Assembly: GCA_002343185.1 (NCBI GenBank)
Contig: DDRT01000016.1
Coordinates: 11,072-75,071 of the forward strand
Source: Deltaproteobacteria bacterium UBA2409
GTDB lineage: Bacteria; Bdellovibrionota_C; UBA2361; DDRT01
Direction of reading: 5' to 3'
DNA: 64,000 nt
Of this stretch, positions 1-9,368 are shown one piece after another. Made by a program: the position numbers and the translations under genes. The notes beneath the pieces are model-generated. The model searched no databases. It was not told the DNA's origin and saw only the letters and a program-made list of their open reading frames with translations. Numbering within the stretch: position 1 is the stretch's first letter; the number at the start of each line of letters is the position of its first letter.

Positions 1-285
1 GCTCATCTCCTCAATGCTTGATCTGAAAGAAATTCCAGCATTATTAATCAAAATATCGAGCTTTCCGTAGTTTTTCTCAATTTCTGAAAAAACAGAAGCT
101 CTTTGATTAGGGTCGCAAACATCAAGTTCTCTTACAAAAAAACTATCCGTTTCTTTAAGTTCTGCGAATCGGCTCAGAGAAGAGGCTCTTGCAGTTGCAA
201 AAACTATGTAGTTATTCCTTAGAAGTTTTACGGTTTCAAGGCCTATTCCAGTGCTAGCACCAGTAACAAGTACAACGGGCTTCAT
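1..285 (-). CDS. Short-chain dehydrogenase/reductase, N-terminal part only; the gene continues past the window start
   Basis: Reverse-strand translation gives MKPVVLVTGASTGIGLE...ILINNAGI, the classical SDR Rossmann motif TGxxxGIG plus NNAG. The ATG sits at 283-285 on the minus strand and overlaps the stop of the upstream Memo-like gene. Confidence 0.7.
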   Translation of the reverse strand, partial: MKPVVLVTGASTGIGLETVKLLRNNYIVFATARASSLSRFAELKETDSFFVRELDVCDPNQRASVFSEIEKNYGKLDILINNAGISFRSSIEEMS

Positions 286-1421
286 CCAACAAGTCCTGCA
301 AAGGTTACACAACAATTTTCAGAAGCTGCCTGCCTGTATTCAACTAATTCTAGTTTAGGTGTTTTGCCAATGAGTTTAAATAGCTCGAAAATTGTATAAA
401 GAGTTGGAAATCCACACATTCTTCTTGCATCCATGTCCTCGGCAATATGATCCCACAGCTTATCTGGGTCAGGGAAGCAAGCAAGATACTCTCTGTCTTT
501 GGCCTCAATCTCTCTTAGCCAAAGATCATCTACAGCTCTCTCATCTCCAAAATCTTGACCTAAGTGTGCCATATCAACACCTGCAACTATCCCAGTATCA
601 TCGTCTATTATTGAAGCCAAAGACTTGATAAAGGTCTTATCAGGTTTAATACCATCTTCAAGATACTCATAGAAACTACCGACTAAGATTGGAACAATCT
701 TACAATCTGGTGCGATTAACTCTAAAAATGGGAGTGAAAGTTCTAATGAATGTTCTCTTAAATGAAGAAACTCATCTTGGAATATTCTATTGTCATTGCC
801 ATTTTTTAAAGACTCAATCTTTGTAGTATCTGAATAGAAAGTATGTCCTGGAAGGGTAAAGTTTTTTGTGGATACTGTATAAAGTTCTTGTGAGTACTGA
901 TGTCCTGTCCCGATTAAGATACAACTCTTCCAGGTTTGAGGTGCTATTGATCCAAAAGTTGCTCCATAAGTATCTGAGCCACGTCTATAATCAATATGTG
1001 GTGCGATTACAAAACTGGCGGTATTAAATTTCTTATCTCTATTTGTAAGGCTAGCTACGTACTCTCTTCTTGCTTCAAGCCCATCAGGATAAATTAATCC
1101 TGAAAACTGAGCAGGTCTGGTTGTTCCGTTAAGATACTCGGAGCGTTTTTTTATTCTTTCATCATTTGCTCTTAGATTTTCTAGAAGTAAGTTCTCATCT
1201 AATATTTGGTATATTCTTTTATATACTTCGTCTGTTCCATAAAGTTCTACCGACTTTGACTTAAGTTGTTCCTCAGAAGTTCTTCCATCAAAAAGTTGTA
1301 AAAGGGGTAATAGTTCGATCTTTAGTGCTAGTGGAGTAGGGGTCAAGCCCTCCCTGCACGATAAGACTAGAGCATTCTCAATTACCTTGGCTTCAAGAGC
1401 ACCTCTTAGAATCGGGTTCAT
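282..1421 (-). CDS. MEMO1 / AmmeMemoRadiSam system protein B family protein
   Basis: Memo family motifs are present: APHIDYRRGSDTYGATFG (PHxxY..G), EHSLELSLPFL and DMAHLGQDF. The ORF is 379 aa. Confidence 0.6.
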   Translation of the reverse strand: MNPILRGALEAKVIENALVLSCREGLTPTPLALKIELLPLLQLFDGRTSEEQLKSKSVELYGTDEVYKRIYQILDENLLLENLRANDERIKKRSEYLNGTTRPAQFSGLIYPDGLEARREYVASLTNRDKKFNTASFVIAPHIDYRRGSDTYGATFGSIAPQTWKSCILIGTGHQYSQELYTVSTKNFTLPGHTFYSDTTKIESLKNGNDNRIFQDEFLHLREHSLELSLPFLELIAPDCKIVPILVGSFYEYLEDGIKPDKTFIKSLASIIDDDTGIVAGVDMAHLGQDFGDERAVDDLWLREIEAKDREYLACFPDPDKLWDHIAEDMDARRMCGFPTLYTIFELFKLIGKTPKLELVEYRQAASENCCVTFAGLVG

Positions 1422-1442
1422 ATCTTAAGTCTAAAGTGTAGG

Positions 1443-2696
1443 TCAGTTTCGGGGAATAGGGGTAGTTAATGCCCTTGCCAGGATCTCAGCAGTCCATCTT
1501 CGCTCAATTACATCATCTGAGGCTCTAAGATGATCCCCATCTGAAACGAACAATTGACCCTGATGAATCTTAAGAAACCTTACCGTATCTTCAACTGGGG
1601 TGATCTTGTCCTGACGCTGGTGAAAAATATAAAGTGGCGCGGAAAGTTTCGGTTGGTTGAAAGGAGAAAGCTGTTTCGCTTTGTAGCCCCACTCATAAGC
1701 TTCACGTTCAAACTGGGGAATCTTTGGATCAGATGTAGATCTAACTAGATCTAAGAGCGGGGATCTTAAAAAGATCTGAGCTACGTTAGGATTAGCTAAA
1801 AAGACTGGTACTGCACCTGCACTTTTAGCTAAAAGAGATGTTCTTTCTGGGAGTAAGATCTGTTTTTGATAAAGTAACTTTAGTGCTAGGTTTAGATCTT
1901 GGGCTGAGACTTTGGGGTTATTTAACTTTTCTTGATAGTAATTAAAACCTAATTCTGAACCACCTCGAACATGAATTAAAACTCTAACTAGTCCCTTTTT
2001 AAGTGCTGCAAGTAAGAGAGGAGAGTAAAACTCTCGATGAATCTCGCCATAAGATCCGTATACAGAGACAAGAGCAGGTGATGGGAAGCTTGTATTTTTA
2101 CTTTTTAAAATTGTAATCGGAATCCCCTCAAGCCTTAATTGTACGGCCTCAAATGGTTCAGGAATGCTAATCGACTCAGGAGTTTCTGAAATAAAGGTTT
2201 CAAAAAATGGGCTTTGATACATTAAATAATTTTCTTCAACTACTGTTATATATACCGAAGGAGGTAAGACAAGATCCTCAATAAAAAAATTAAATCCTGA
2301 CTCAGAGCTTTTAGTGCCTACAATCTTAGTTCCTCTGAAAAACTGCCTTGGGACTGTATTTTCAGATTCTAATGGAAGTAAGATCGGTTTATTGCCCTGA
2401 AAGGTTAGATCTTGGGCAGAACCGATAAGCTTATCATTTAGATACCACTTTTTTTCTGTACCTTTTTCAATGATTTTTAGTTGATCGCCATTTTCTAATT
2501 CTCGCCACCTTATAATCTCAGCGTCCTTTGTTTCGACCTTAATAGATGCTAGGTTTATTTCGTAGACTTTTGCACTCTTGTAGTCATTGCTATTAATCAG
2601 TAGCTCATGAGCTATCTCTTTTGTTCTATCTACTGTGTTAGAGCAACCTAAATGCACAAAAAAAAGAGCCAAAGCGAATTTTCTGCTCAAGAACAT
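1443..2696 (-). CDS. Lipoprotein of the alpha/beta-hydrolase (S9 peptidase-like) fold; start moved to the internal Met
   Basis: The tracked ORF is 1443..2867. The internal start MFLSRKFALALFFVHLGCSN carries a lipobox (LGC) at 2694-2696, and the C-terminal part has alpha/beta-hydrolase-like features. The longer ORF would overlap the divergent HTH gene. Confidence 0.5.
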   Translation of the reverse strand: MFLSRKFALALFFVHLGCSNTVDRTKEIAHELLINSNDYKSAKVYEINLASIKVETKDAEIIRWRELENGDQLKIIEKGTEKKWYLNDKLIGSAQDLTFQGNKPILLPLESENTVPRQFFRGTKIVGTKSSESGFNFFIEDLVLPPSVYITVVEENYLMYQSPFFETFISETPESISIPEPFEAVQLRLEGIPITILKSKNTSFPSPALVSVYGSYGEIHREFYSPLLLAALKKGLVRVLIHVRGGSELGFNYYQEKLNNPKVSAQDLNLALKLLYQKQILLPERTSLLAKSAGAVPVFLANPNVAQIFLRSPLLDLVRSTSDPKIPQFEREAYEWGYKAKQLSPFNQPKLSAPLYIFHQRQDKITPVEDTVRFLKIHQGQLFVSDGDHLRASDDVIERRWTAEILARALTTPIPRN

Positions 2697-2745
2697 AAGC
2701 AACCATGACGATAGCCTATTTGTAGTTACCAAGGACAGGTTGTTT

Positions 2746-3396
2746 ATGTCATACGTAGTAGATCCAGATAAGTTTAAAGAAATCCTAAAAAAACGCGGCT
2801 TTAGAAGTATTTCGCACCTCTCGAGGGTTAGCGGAGTCCATCGAAATACTATCGCTGAGTATCTCACTCAGAGGAGTAGCCCTTTTCAGACAACCTTTCT
2901 TAAGGTGTCTGAACTTTTGAGGGTTGATCCAGGTGAGTTGATGCAGAATGCTCCTTCAAAGGAGGAGAAAGGCATTAGAGATATATTATCTCCAATTTGT
3001 AACGAGTTCATATCACAGAATACATCTTTGTGTGTTGTAATTCTCGAATCTCAGCTTGATGAGAAGAAGGGAAAGATGAAGTTAAAGCTTGGATTTTCTA
3101 ACGGAGATGTTCCACTAGGTCAGGCAGAGTTTGCGATCTTTAGGGTAAAACTTGATGATTACTTGAGAAGGAAAAAGATTGTAGTTGAATCTTGGAACTT
3201 GGATAGATCTTCATCGCAGTTTTTAATGACAGTTAATGATAACTTTGAATTTTTCTCTGGTAATGAAGAAAGCTTCCGTTATATAGCAGGATTTATTAGA
3301 GGGTTAAAAAGAGCTACGAAAGAAGCCCTTCCACAGTCAGCCAGGAGTGAAGCGCTTGAGGGGTTTCAACGGGAATATACCGAGGTTTTAGGGTAA
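2746..3396 (+). CDS. XRE-family helix-turn-helix regulator with an unknown C-terminal domain
   Basis: HTH segment ISHLSRVSGVHRNTIAEYL. The start was taken as the ATG at 2746 so the gene does not overlap the divergent lipoprotein gene. Confidence 0.5.
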   Translation: MSYVVDPDKFKEILKKRGFRSISHLSRVSGVHRNTIAEYLTQRSSPFQTTFLKVSELLRVDPGELMQNAPSKEEKGIRDILSPICNEFISQNTSLCVVILESQLDEKKGKMKLKLGFSNGDVPLGQAEFAIFRVKLDDYLRRKKIVVESWNLDRSSSQFLMTVNDNFEFFSGNEESFRYIAGFIRGLKRATKEALPQSARSEALEGFQREYTEVLG

Positions 3397-3675
3397 ATCC
3401 TTGATATCATTGAGCTCGTTATATTGTCTGTTCTGGTTTTAACCAGACCTTGGTTTTATAGGACTGGCTGAAGCCAGTCCAGGCATAGTTTAAAGACTGA
3501 CCAGACAGTAAAATATACTTTTAACTACATAGAAGTTGATTCCTGAGCCCTGAAAGTGTATTCTTAGGGGGTTAAGTTCTAGAGGTCGATTCTTTCATTT
3601 GTTTTCCAGCTAAATATAAAGTTTTTTTTGGATTTTGGGGATTCACCTTCTAGTGTTTTATTATGGAGTAATTAA

Positions 3676-3999
3676 GTGAAGAATATTTACGTTGGAAACA
3701 TCAACCGTCAAACATCAAAAGAAGCCCTTCAGGCTCTTTTTGCACAATATGGAAAGGTAACTAAGTGCAGTATGCCTATGGACAAAATGACTGGACAGCC
3801 AAGAGGTTTTGGTTTTGTCGAGTTTGAAATGGAATCAGAGGGCGAGGCAGCTATTAAAGCTCTTAATGGCTATGAGCTTGATGGAAGAACTTTGAGAGTG
3901 AATGAAGCTCAAGATAAGAGAGATGGTGGTGGTAACGGCGGTGGACCACGTAGAAACGGTGGCGGCGGTGGACGCAGAGATTTTAGCGGACGACGCTAG
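3676..3999 (+). CDS. rbp: RRM-type RNA-binding protein with a Gly/Arg-rich tail
   Basis: RNP1 motif RGFGFVEF and RNP2 motif IYVGNI. GTG start at 3676 with GGAG 7 nt upstream. The C-terminus is GGGNGGGPRRNGGGGGRRDF. Confidence 0.85.
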   Translation: MKNIYVGNINRQTSKEALQALFAQYGKVTKCSMPMDKMTGQPRGFGFVEFEMESEGEAAIKALNGYELDGRTLRVNEAQDKRDGGGNGGGPRRNGGGGGRRDFSGRR

Positions 4000-4930
4000 T
4001 TAGATCCAAAACCAGGCTCTTTCCCTTTTGAAAGAGCCTGGTTCCAGAATGAAGCAGAACCCTGCTTTCTTTTCCTACAAACCACTGCGATGATGAGAAT
4101 ATTGCATCCAATCTTCTTCCCAAGTAACCGTAACCATCAGCAAGATAATCTTCAATTTGCCACATAAGTGGAACTTCAATAGCTAGATCTTCAAGTCTAC
4201 AAACAGCAGCGATCGTTAAAACTCTTTCATCATCAAAGATCGCAAGTTTTTTTTCAGATGAAAGTGAGATTAACTCTCCGTTTGCTCCTAAAAGAGGATT
4301 TATATATCCATCTTTAAATAAAGCCAAAGTTGTATTCCAGTCACTTCCTTTAAATTCAAGATCATGTGTTTCTCCTAAAATTGAACCATCAGGGAGATAG
4401 CGATATGCCCTAGAGCATCCTCTAATACCTTCACTTCCAACTTCAAACTCTTCCCAAGTAATGCCAGTATGTACTCCGCACCGTCTTCTGACCAAATTTG
4501 AATTTTCAAATTTATCTAATACAGTAAAATCATCGTGTCGTGGAAGTTTATATAAACTCGGGGACTGATTAGGCCTTACAGTGATAATCCCTTGAGAGTG
4601 ATCTCTAAAATTAACCAAAATTTCAAGCTCGTAAAGAGTCGAGCTTAGTATTCTAATCGGCGTGCAATTGCCAAGGTTTTGAATCTCACCAGTTTCTTTG
4701 AATATTACACAGCAGCTAAAATCTTTGGAGCAAACAAGGTAGTTATCATCATGGTATATACAAGGTAAGCCATCTGAGTTGAATCTGACATCGTAAATTT
4801 TTCTTCCATCAAAAGAGAAAACCTCCTCCTGTAATGAGCCATCAGAGTTCCCGCTAACTACCGATAGTTTTTCGGAGCGCTCATGAAACGATTGAATCGG
4901 ATTTTTTAGATCTAGTCTAATTTGATCCAC
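3983..4930 (-). CDS. Hypothetical protein
   Basis: 315-aa ORF with no recognisable motifs. Its last ~20 codons run through the terminator hairpin and the rbp 3' end, so the true C-terminus is uncertain. Confidence 0.45.
   Translation of the reverse strand: MDQIRLDLKNPIQSFHERSEKLSVVSGNSDGSLQEEVFSFDGRKIYDVRFNSDGLPCIYHDDNYLVCSKDFSCCVIFKETGEIQNLGNCTPIRILSSTLYELEILVNFRDHSQGIITVRPNQSPSLYKLPRHDDFTVLDKFENSNLVRRRCGVHTGITWEEFEVGSEGIRGCSRAYRYLPDGSILGETHDLEFKGSDWNTTLALFKDGYINPLLGANGELISLSSEKKLAIFDDERVLTIAAVCRLEDLAIEVPLMWQIEDYLADGYGYLGRRLDAIFSSSQWFVGKESRVLLHSGTRLFQKGKSLVLDLTSVVR
4010..4044. terminator. Bidirectional rho-independent terminator hairpin between convergent genes
   Basis: aaccaggctctttc-ccttttg-aaagagcctggtt forms a perfect ~13-bp stem just after the rbp stop. 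Confidence 0.6.
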
Positions 4931-4956
4931 AGTTCATTTTATCAATGATCGAATAT

Positions 4957-6879
4957 CTAAACTAGAGAGGTTCCATCAAAATCGCCATCCTTGCCTGTTA
5001 GAATTTTTAGAATTGTAGGTGCAAGGTCTAAAATTGATGGGTTATTTCTTAAAGATGGCAGATTGCACATTAATACCCCAGGTACTAGATCAGGCTTCAT
5101 ACAGTGATCAGCAGCCCATTTATTGGTTCTAGGAGTAAATGTTGGAAGACCAAATTCTCCAAGTACTGCATTGTCACTTCCACGGTACCCTAAGCTATAA
5201 GACATTAAAATATCAGGTGCTCTATTTGTGAATTCGCCCTTGTAAGCGACACTAGATGGAATGCCCTCACCAACAAAAAGCCCTGTCTCAGGATCCTTTG
5301 TTTTAGACAGATCTGAGATTATACTGGCCATAACTTCATCTTTGTTTGAGACTGTTCCAAACCTTTCTCTGCCTTTTTGGTTGATAAATATCCCTGAAAA
5401 TCCTACTGCATAAGCTTTAGTTCTATCCCAATCAATATCTTTAAAGATCGAACCTTCTTTTTGTTTTGTAACCATATAGCCATGTTGGGTAAGCCAGCTA
5501 TTTACCTGAAATTCTCTAGTAAATGTATTAAATCCGTGATCCGAGATTACAAAGATCGTTGTATCAGAATCAACTTTTTCTAATGCCATCGAGAGCGCAA
5601 CATCCATCATCTGATAGAAGTAGCGAATACTATCTTTTAAAACAGGGCTAGCACCTGGCTCATGAAGTGGATGTGAGCTATCAAAATGTCGCCAGAGCAT
5701 ATGTTGGTTCTGATCTAGTGTTGAAAAATAAAAGAACAAAAGTCCCTCATGGAAATTTTTAATCTCATATTGGAATGCTCTTAGGTTTTCTTCTAAGAGA
5801 GAGAGTGATTGATGATAATACTCATCATCACTAAGAAGTCCATTAGCCAGTGACTTTGTGTCAGCCGGTAGTCCTAAAGTAGAAAATAGTCCCCCGGTGG
5901 CCTCACTAAGTTCTCTTGCATATTCACTCGGGTTAGAGATTGGAATTCCAGGATTTTTTGGATTTGCTAGAAGTGGGGATACATAGAGCTCAAGGTATGG
6001 CTGAACTTTTCTCACTAAAATCTTAAATATTCCTGATAAGCTAGATAGAAACGGAATCGTTTCAAAAGAGATCTCTTTCCAATTTGACCACTCACCTTCT
6101 TGAAGGATAATTGTTTCTCCACCTATTTCTAGTTTTACTGTTGGGTTTGATGGGTCTTTTACCCCTGAAATTGTAGCTACAAGTGATTCTCCTGATTTTA
6201 AAAATGGATGCGGAGGACCTGCTATTTCGAAAGAAAATTTTCCATGATTTAATCCAACCTCTATTAACCTTGCACCCGAGATATTTTCAGGTTTCTTCGC
6301 ACCCTTTTCTATTACATAAGTTGTAGTTCCGTAGCCACCGGAAAGATCAGGGGTTCCCATTCCACAAATAGCAGTCCCTAATTTAGGGCCTTCAGTAGGG
6401 AAATTTCCAGGGAGTCTATAAAATGAAGATGGCACACCTCTTTCATCAAGATAATCCCAAAGTGGTTTTCCTCCACGGTTTGGCTTTGTGCCACCACCAA
6501 GTGCTAAAGCATATTGCCCTAATGAAAACTGAGACTCAGGTGGGAGGGTTTTCGAGGTAGATAGATATAGCTCTAAGTCTCGAGCCTCTCTGTGAATAAA
6601 ATCAAAGATTCCGTGACGGCCTGGGTTGCACCCAGTAATAAAACTTGACCATGCAACAGGGCTTAGAGCTGGAAGGGTAGTCTGAAGAGTTGAGAGAATC
6701 GCTCCACGCTCTTTAAACTTTGAGAAGGTTGGCATTGAGCCTTCTTCCATAAAGCGTTTTAGGAGCTTTGGCTCCATACCATCCATTCCGATTACTAAAA
6801 CCTTCTTTTTAGTTTTAGTAGCCAATGCTTTACTTGGGGCAAAGATTAATGGTGAAAGAAGAAAACTTCTTCTTTTCAA
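4957..6879 (-). CDS. Type I phosphodiesterase / nucleotide pyrophosphatase (alkaline phosphatase superfamily), secreted
   Basis: Signal peptide, then LVIGMDGMEP and a later SDHGF metal-site motif. Paralog of the gene at 9365..11338. Confidence 0.7.
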   Translation of the reverse strand: MKRRSFLLSPLIFAPSKALATKTKKKVLVIGMDGMEPKLLKRFMEEGSMPTFSKFKERGAILSTLQTTLPALSPVAWSSFITGCNPGRHGIFDFIHREARDLELYLSTSKTLPPESQFSLGQYALALGGGTKPNRGGKPLWDYLDERGVPSSFYRLPGNFPTEGPKLGTAICGMGTPDLSGGYGTTTYVIEKGAKKPENISGARLIEVGLNHGKFSFEIAGPPHPFLKSGESLVATISGVKDPSNPTVKLEIGGETIILQEGEWSNWKEISFETIPFLSSLSGIFKILVRKVQPYLELYVSPLLANPKNPGIPISNPSEYARELSEATGGLFSTLGLPADTKSLANGLLSDDEYYHQSLSLLEENLRAFQYEIKNFHEGLLFFYFSTLDQNQHMLWRHFDSSHPLHEPGASPVLKDSIRYFYQMMDVALSMALEKVDSDTTIFVISDHGFNTFTREFQVNSWLTQHGYMVTKQKEGSIFKDIDWDRTKAYAVGFSGIFINQKGRERFGTVSNKDEVMASIISDLSKTKDPETGLFVGEGIPSSVAYKGEFTNRAPDILMSYSLGYRGSDNAVLGEFGLPTFTPRTNKWAADHCMKPDLVPGVLMCNLPSLRNNPSILDLAPTILKILTGKDGDFDGTSLV

Positions 6880-7706
6880 GGCCTCATTCCTTCAGTCATG
6901 AATACTTCAAAAACTTTTTCATGAAATACTGGGCCATGACCAAAATAACCTTCTTCTCCAAAACACTCGCCATGATCGCTCATTAGCATTATGTATGTAT
7001 TTGGCGGAGTTAGATCGTAGAGTTTACCCATTAGCTTATCTAAGTACTCAACATTAGTTTGCTGTTTATTTTTCATCCAAGCTAGCTGATCTTCGGTAAA
7101 AAACTTTTCATCTGCTTTAGTTACCTTACCAGTAAGAAGATCATCCATATGCTTAAACACACCGTGCACTCCATGGATTCTAGGTAGGTCTTCGGCGCTT
7201 TCTCCTGGAAGGGTATATGGATAGTGAGTTTCGCCAACGTTGAAGAAATAAAATGATGGATAATCACTAGAGAACTTCATCTCACTTAGCATTGCATTAA
7301 AGTCGTTATGCTTATCCATTAGCTTATAGGTATCGAAGTTATTATTAATAGCAGTTGTTTGATTGAGTACTGGTAATGAAACTCTTCCATGAGTTTTATA
7401 GCCATGCTTTTTTAGGAATCCTGGTAGAGAAAGTTGAGGTACGAATTCTTTAAATGAAATATTGGGAATTCCAAGTCTCTCGCTCCATTGGAAAAAATCA
7501 CGCCTGTAGACCTCTGAGGCAAATACATGCTTAGGGCTCTCATGAGGACTTACTCCCATTAGGTAAACATGATGTGATGGCATCGTCCAGGATGCATAGG
7601 AATAAGCGCGCCTAGCAGCTCCTAGTCTATCTATAAATGGCGTTTTAGCCGCAGCAAAGGTGTCAAACCTACAGCTATCAAAGGTAATAAGTAATAAATT
7701 GTTCAT
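6876..7706 (-). CDS. Sulfatase-like / alkaline-phosphatase-superfamily hydrolase
   Basis: N-terminal LLITFDSCRFD is sulfatase/phosphotransferase-like, and a later MSDHGE motif is present. Its stop overlaps the downstream gene start by 4 bp. Confidence 0.55.
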   Translation of the reverse strand: MNNLLLITFDSCRFDTFAAAKTPFIDRLGAARRAYSYASWTMPSHHVYLMGVSPHESPKHVFASEVYRRDFFQWSERLGIPNISFKEFVPQLSLPGFLKKHGYKTHGRVSLPVLNQTTAINNNFDTYKLMDKHNDFNAMLSEMKFSSDYPSFYFFNVGETHYPYTLPGESAEDLPRIHGVHGVFKHMDDLLTGKVTKADEKFFTEDQLAWMKNKQQTNVEYLDKLMGKLYDLTPPNTYIMLMSDHGECFGEEGYFGHGPVFHEKVFEVFMTEGMRP

Positions 7707-8428
7707 ATCTCTATCCGTTTTATTTTTGCAAAGATTAGACCTGATACTATCGAAACTATCAGAAAAACGAAAATCCAGTGTAACGAAGCTATTTCCCTGG
7801 TAGGTAGATCTAAGGTGATTTTAGATACACCATCCGGAACTACTGAACCATTACCTGGGTAGAGAAAACGCAGAGCAAAATCTTTGGTAAAAATAGGAAC
7901 AGCTCCATTTTTTAGGGCAGGATAAATAGTTAGATCGTTTAATTTTAGCTCTCCATTATTTGGAGTTACTCGCCAGGCTATTGTGCTATCTGAAAATGAT
8001 CTCACTGGGGGAGTAATCGAACTCTTGCTGGTTGGATCAATAAGGGAAACCTTTGCTCTAGGATTTTCAAGCTCAACATTCACAGTGAAAGGCTTACTTG
8101 GCTTTTCATAGCCATAGCTTTGATTCATATATCCAAAGATCCAAACTACCGGGAGACCTAAGATTAAAAATGGAGGGAGGGTTAGGGAGAGGTATTTAAA
8201 AGCCGAGATGAATAATTTTCCAAATGATCCAATTGAACTTAAAGGAGAGTCCCTAAAAACAAGTGGTTCTAAAAGTTCTGCCGAGATCATTCTTTTGATC
8301 TCGTAAATTGTTTTTTGAAAGCTAATAAACTTATAAAGCCAAACAAGAATGATTCCAAGCACTGCTGATATAGCTACTAAAGACCATGAGCTAGTAAATT
8401 GGTCAAAAAGAGTTGCAACACTACTCAA
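7703..8428 (-). CDS. Membrane protein, hypothetical
   Basis: Two to three hydrophobic helices. Joined to its neighbours by 4-bp and 8-bp overlaps. Confidence 0.45.
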   Translation of the reverse strand: MSSVATLFDQFTSSWSLVAISAVLGIILVWLYKFISFQKTIYEIKRMISAELLEPLVFRDSPLSSIGSFGKLFISAFKYLSLTLPPFLILGLPVVWIFGYMNQSYGYEKPSKPFTVNVELENPRAKVSLIDPTSKSSITPPVRSFSDSTIAWRVTPNNGELKLNDLTIYPALKNGAVPIFTKDFALRFLYPGNGSVVPDGVSKITLDLPTREIASLHWIFVFLIVSIVSGLIFAKIKRIEI

Positions 8429-8663
8429 GATAGCCTAATCCCTTAAGCTTATTTGTTATATCTTCTAACTCTTCGCTGGATACATCACCTTTCCCCGCAC
8501 TACGTAATATCTGCTCAATTCCGTCAGTCAGAATTTCATTTGCTAATTCTTCAGGGCTTGAGGCACCCTTGATTTCTGTTGCTCTAACCAGGAGATCGTA
8601 AAGAGAATCATTAATTTTCAGTTTTTTGCCAAATAAACTCATATAATTCGGTATTCTAATCAC
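8421..8663 (-). CDS. Small hypothetical protein
   Basis: 80-aa ORF leading the minus-strand operon. Confidence 0.35.
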   Translation of the reverse strand: MIRIPNYMSLFGKKLKINDSLYDLLVRATEIKGASSPEELANEILTDGIEQILRSAGKGDVSSEELEDITNKLKGLGYLE

Positions 8664-8711
8664 ATAGTTAAGTAAGAATCTACCCCAATACGGACCGCAT
8701 CTTACTAAGTT

Positions 8712-9368
8712 ATGGATGAAGGAAAGTTACATCAGATGATATTTGAGCCCGATTCCGTTGTTGGGTGGTGGGATAGATGTCACGGACCTGAGGCAAAAGA
8801 AGAAGAGAAATGGTTTTTAACAGGTAGTCAAGGAGAAGATGTCTGGAATAATCTCAAAATTACTCATCGACTCACCCCTGGATCTACTGTTTTGAATATT
8901 GGTGTGGGTCTTGGCTATTGCACTAAGAAATTGGCTGCTCAAGGATGTAGAGTCTCCGCGTTAGATATTTCAGAATATGCGCTAAAAAAAGTTGAGAGTG
9001 TTTGCGAGGGATGTTACACCCATGAAAAGCTCGATACACTTCCTTCGAGTTATTTCGATACTGCGATCTCAAATCTTGTCGCTCAGCATATGAATAACGA
9101 AGATTTATTTGTTCAGTTATTTCATGTTCTAAGATCTCTTAAGTCGGGTGGTATATTTGCAATTCAATTTGCATATTCACTTTCCAGACGCTTCGAGATT
9201 TCAGATGAATCAGAGGTAAGTCAAAAGGGTGGAGGTGTGTGTCGTAGTCTTGGAATGATTGAACAGCTTATATACCGTGCTGGTGGGGATATTTTGTTGG
9301 CGCTCAATGCTAACGTTTGGCCTGAAGCAGGCTCTGGTTGGTTTGTAGTCCACGCTACCAAGCGTTAA
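8712..9368 (+). CDS. Class I SAM-dependent methyltransferase
   Basis: Motif I LNIGVGLGYCT followed by a post-I acidic residue (ALDIS). Confidence 0.65.
   Translation: MDEGKLHQMIFEPDSVVGWWDRCHGPEAKEEEKWFLTGSQGEDVWNNLKITHRLTPGSTVLNIGVGLGYCTKKLAAQGCRVSALDISEYALKKVESVCEGCYTHEKLDTLPSSYFDTAISNLVAQHMNNEDLFVQLFHVLRSLKSGGIFAIQFAYSLSRRFEISDESEVSQKGGGVCRSLGMIEQLIYRAGGDILLALNANVWPEAGSGWFVVHATKR

Noticed and set aside
392-628. Small antisense ORFs within housekeeping genes: 392..628, 1554..1748, 10693..10905, 13116..13325, 14367..14573, 16008..16196, 17484..17675, 18172..18369, 19197..19632, 20492..20878, 21115..21348, 22351..22608
   Set aside because: Each overlaps a longer, motif-supported gene on the opposite strand or in another frame. 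None has an RBS or recognisable features.
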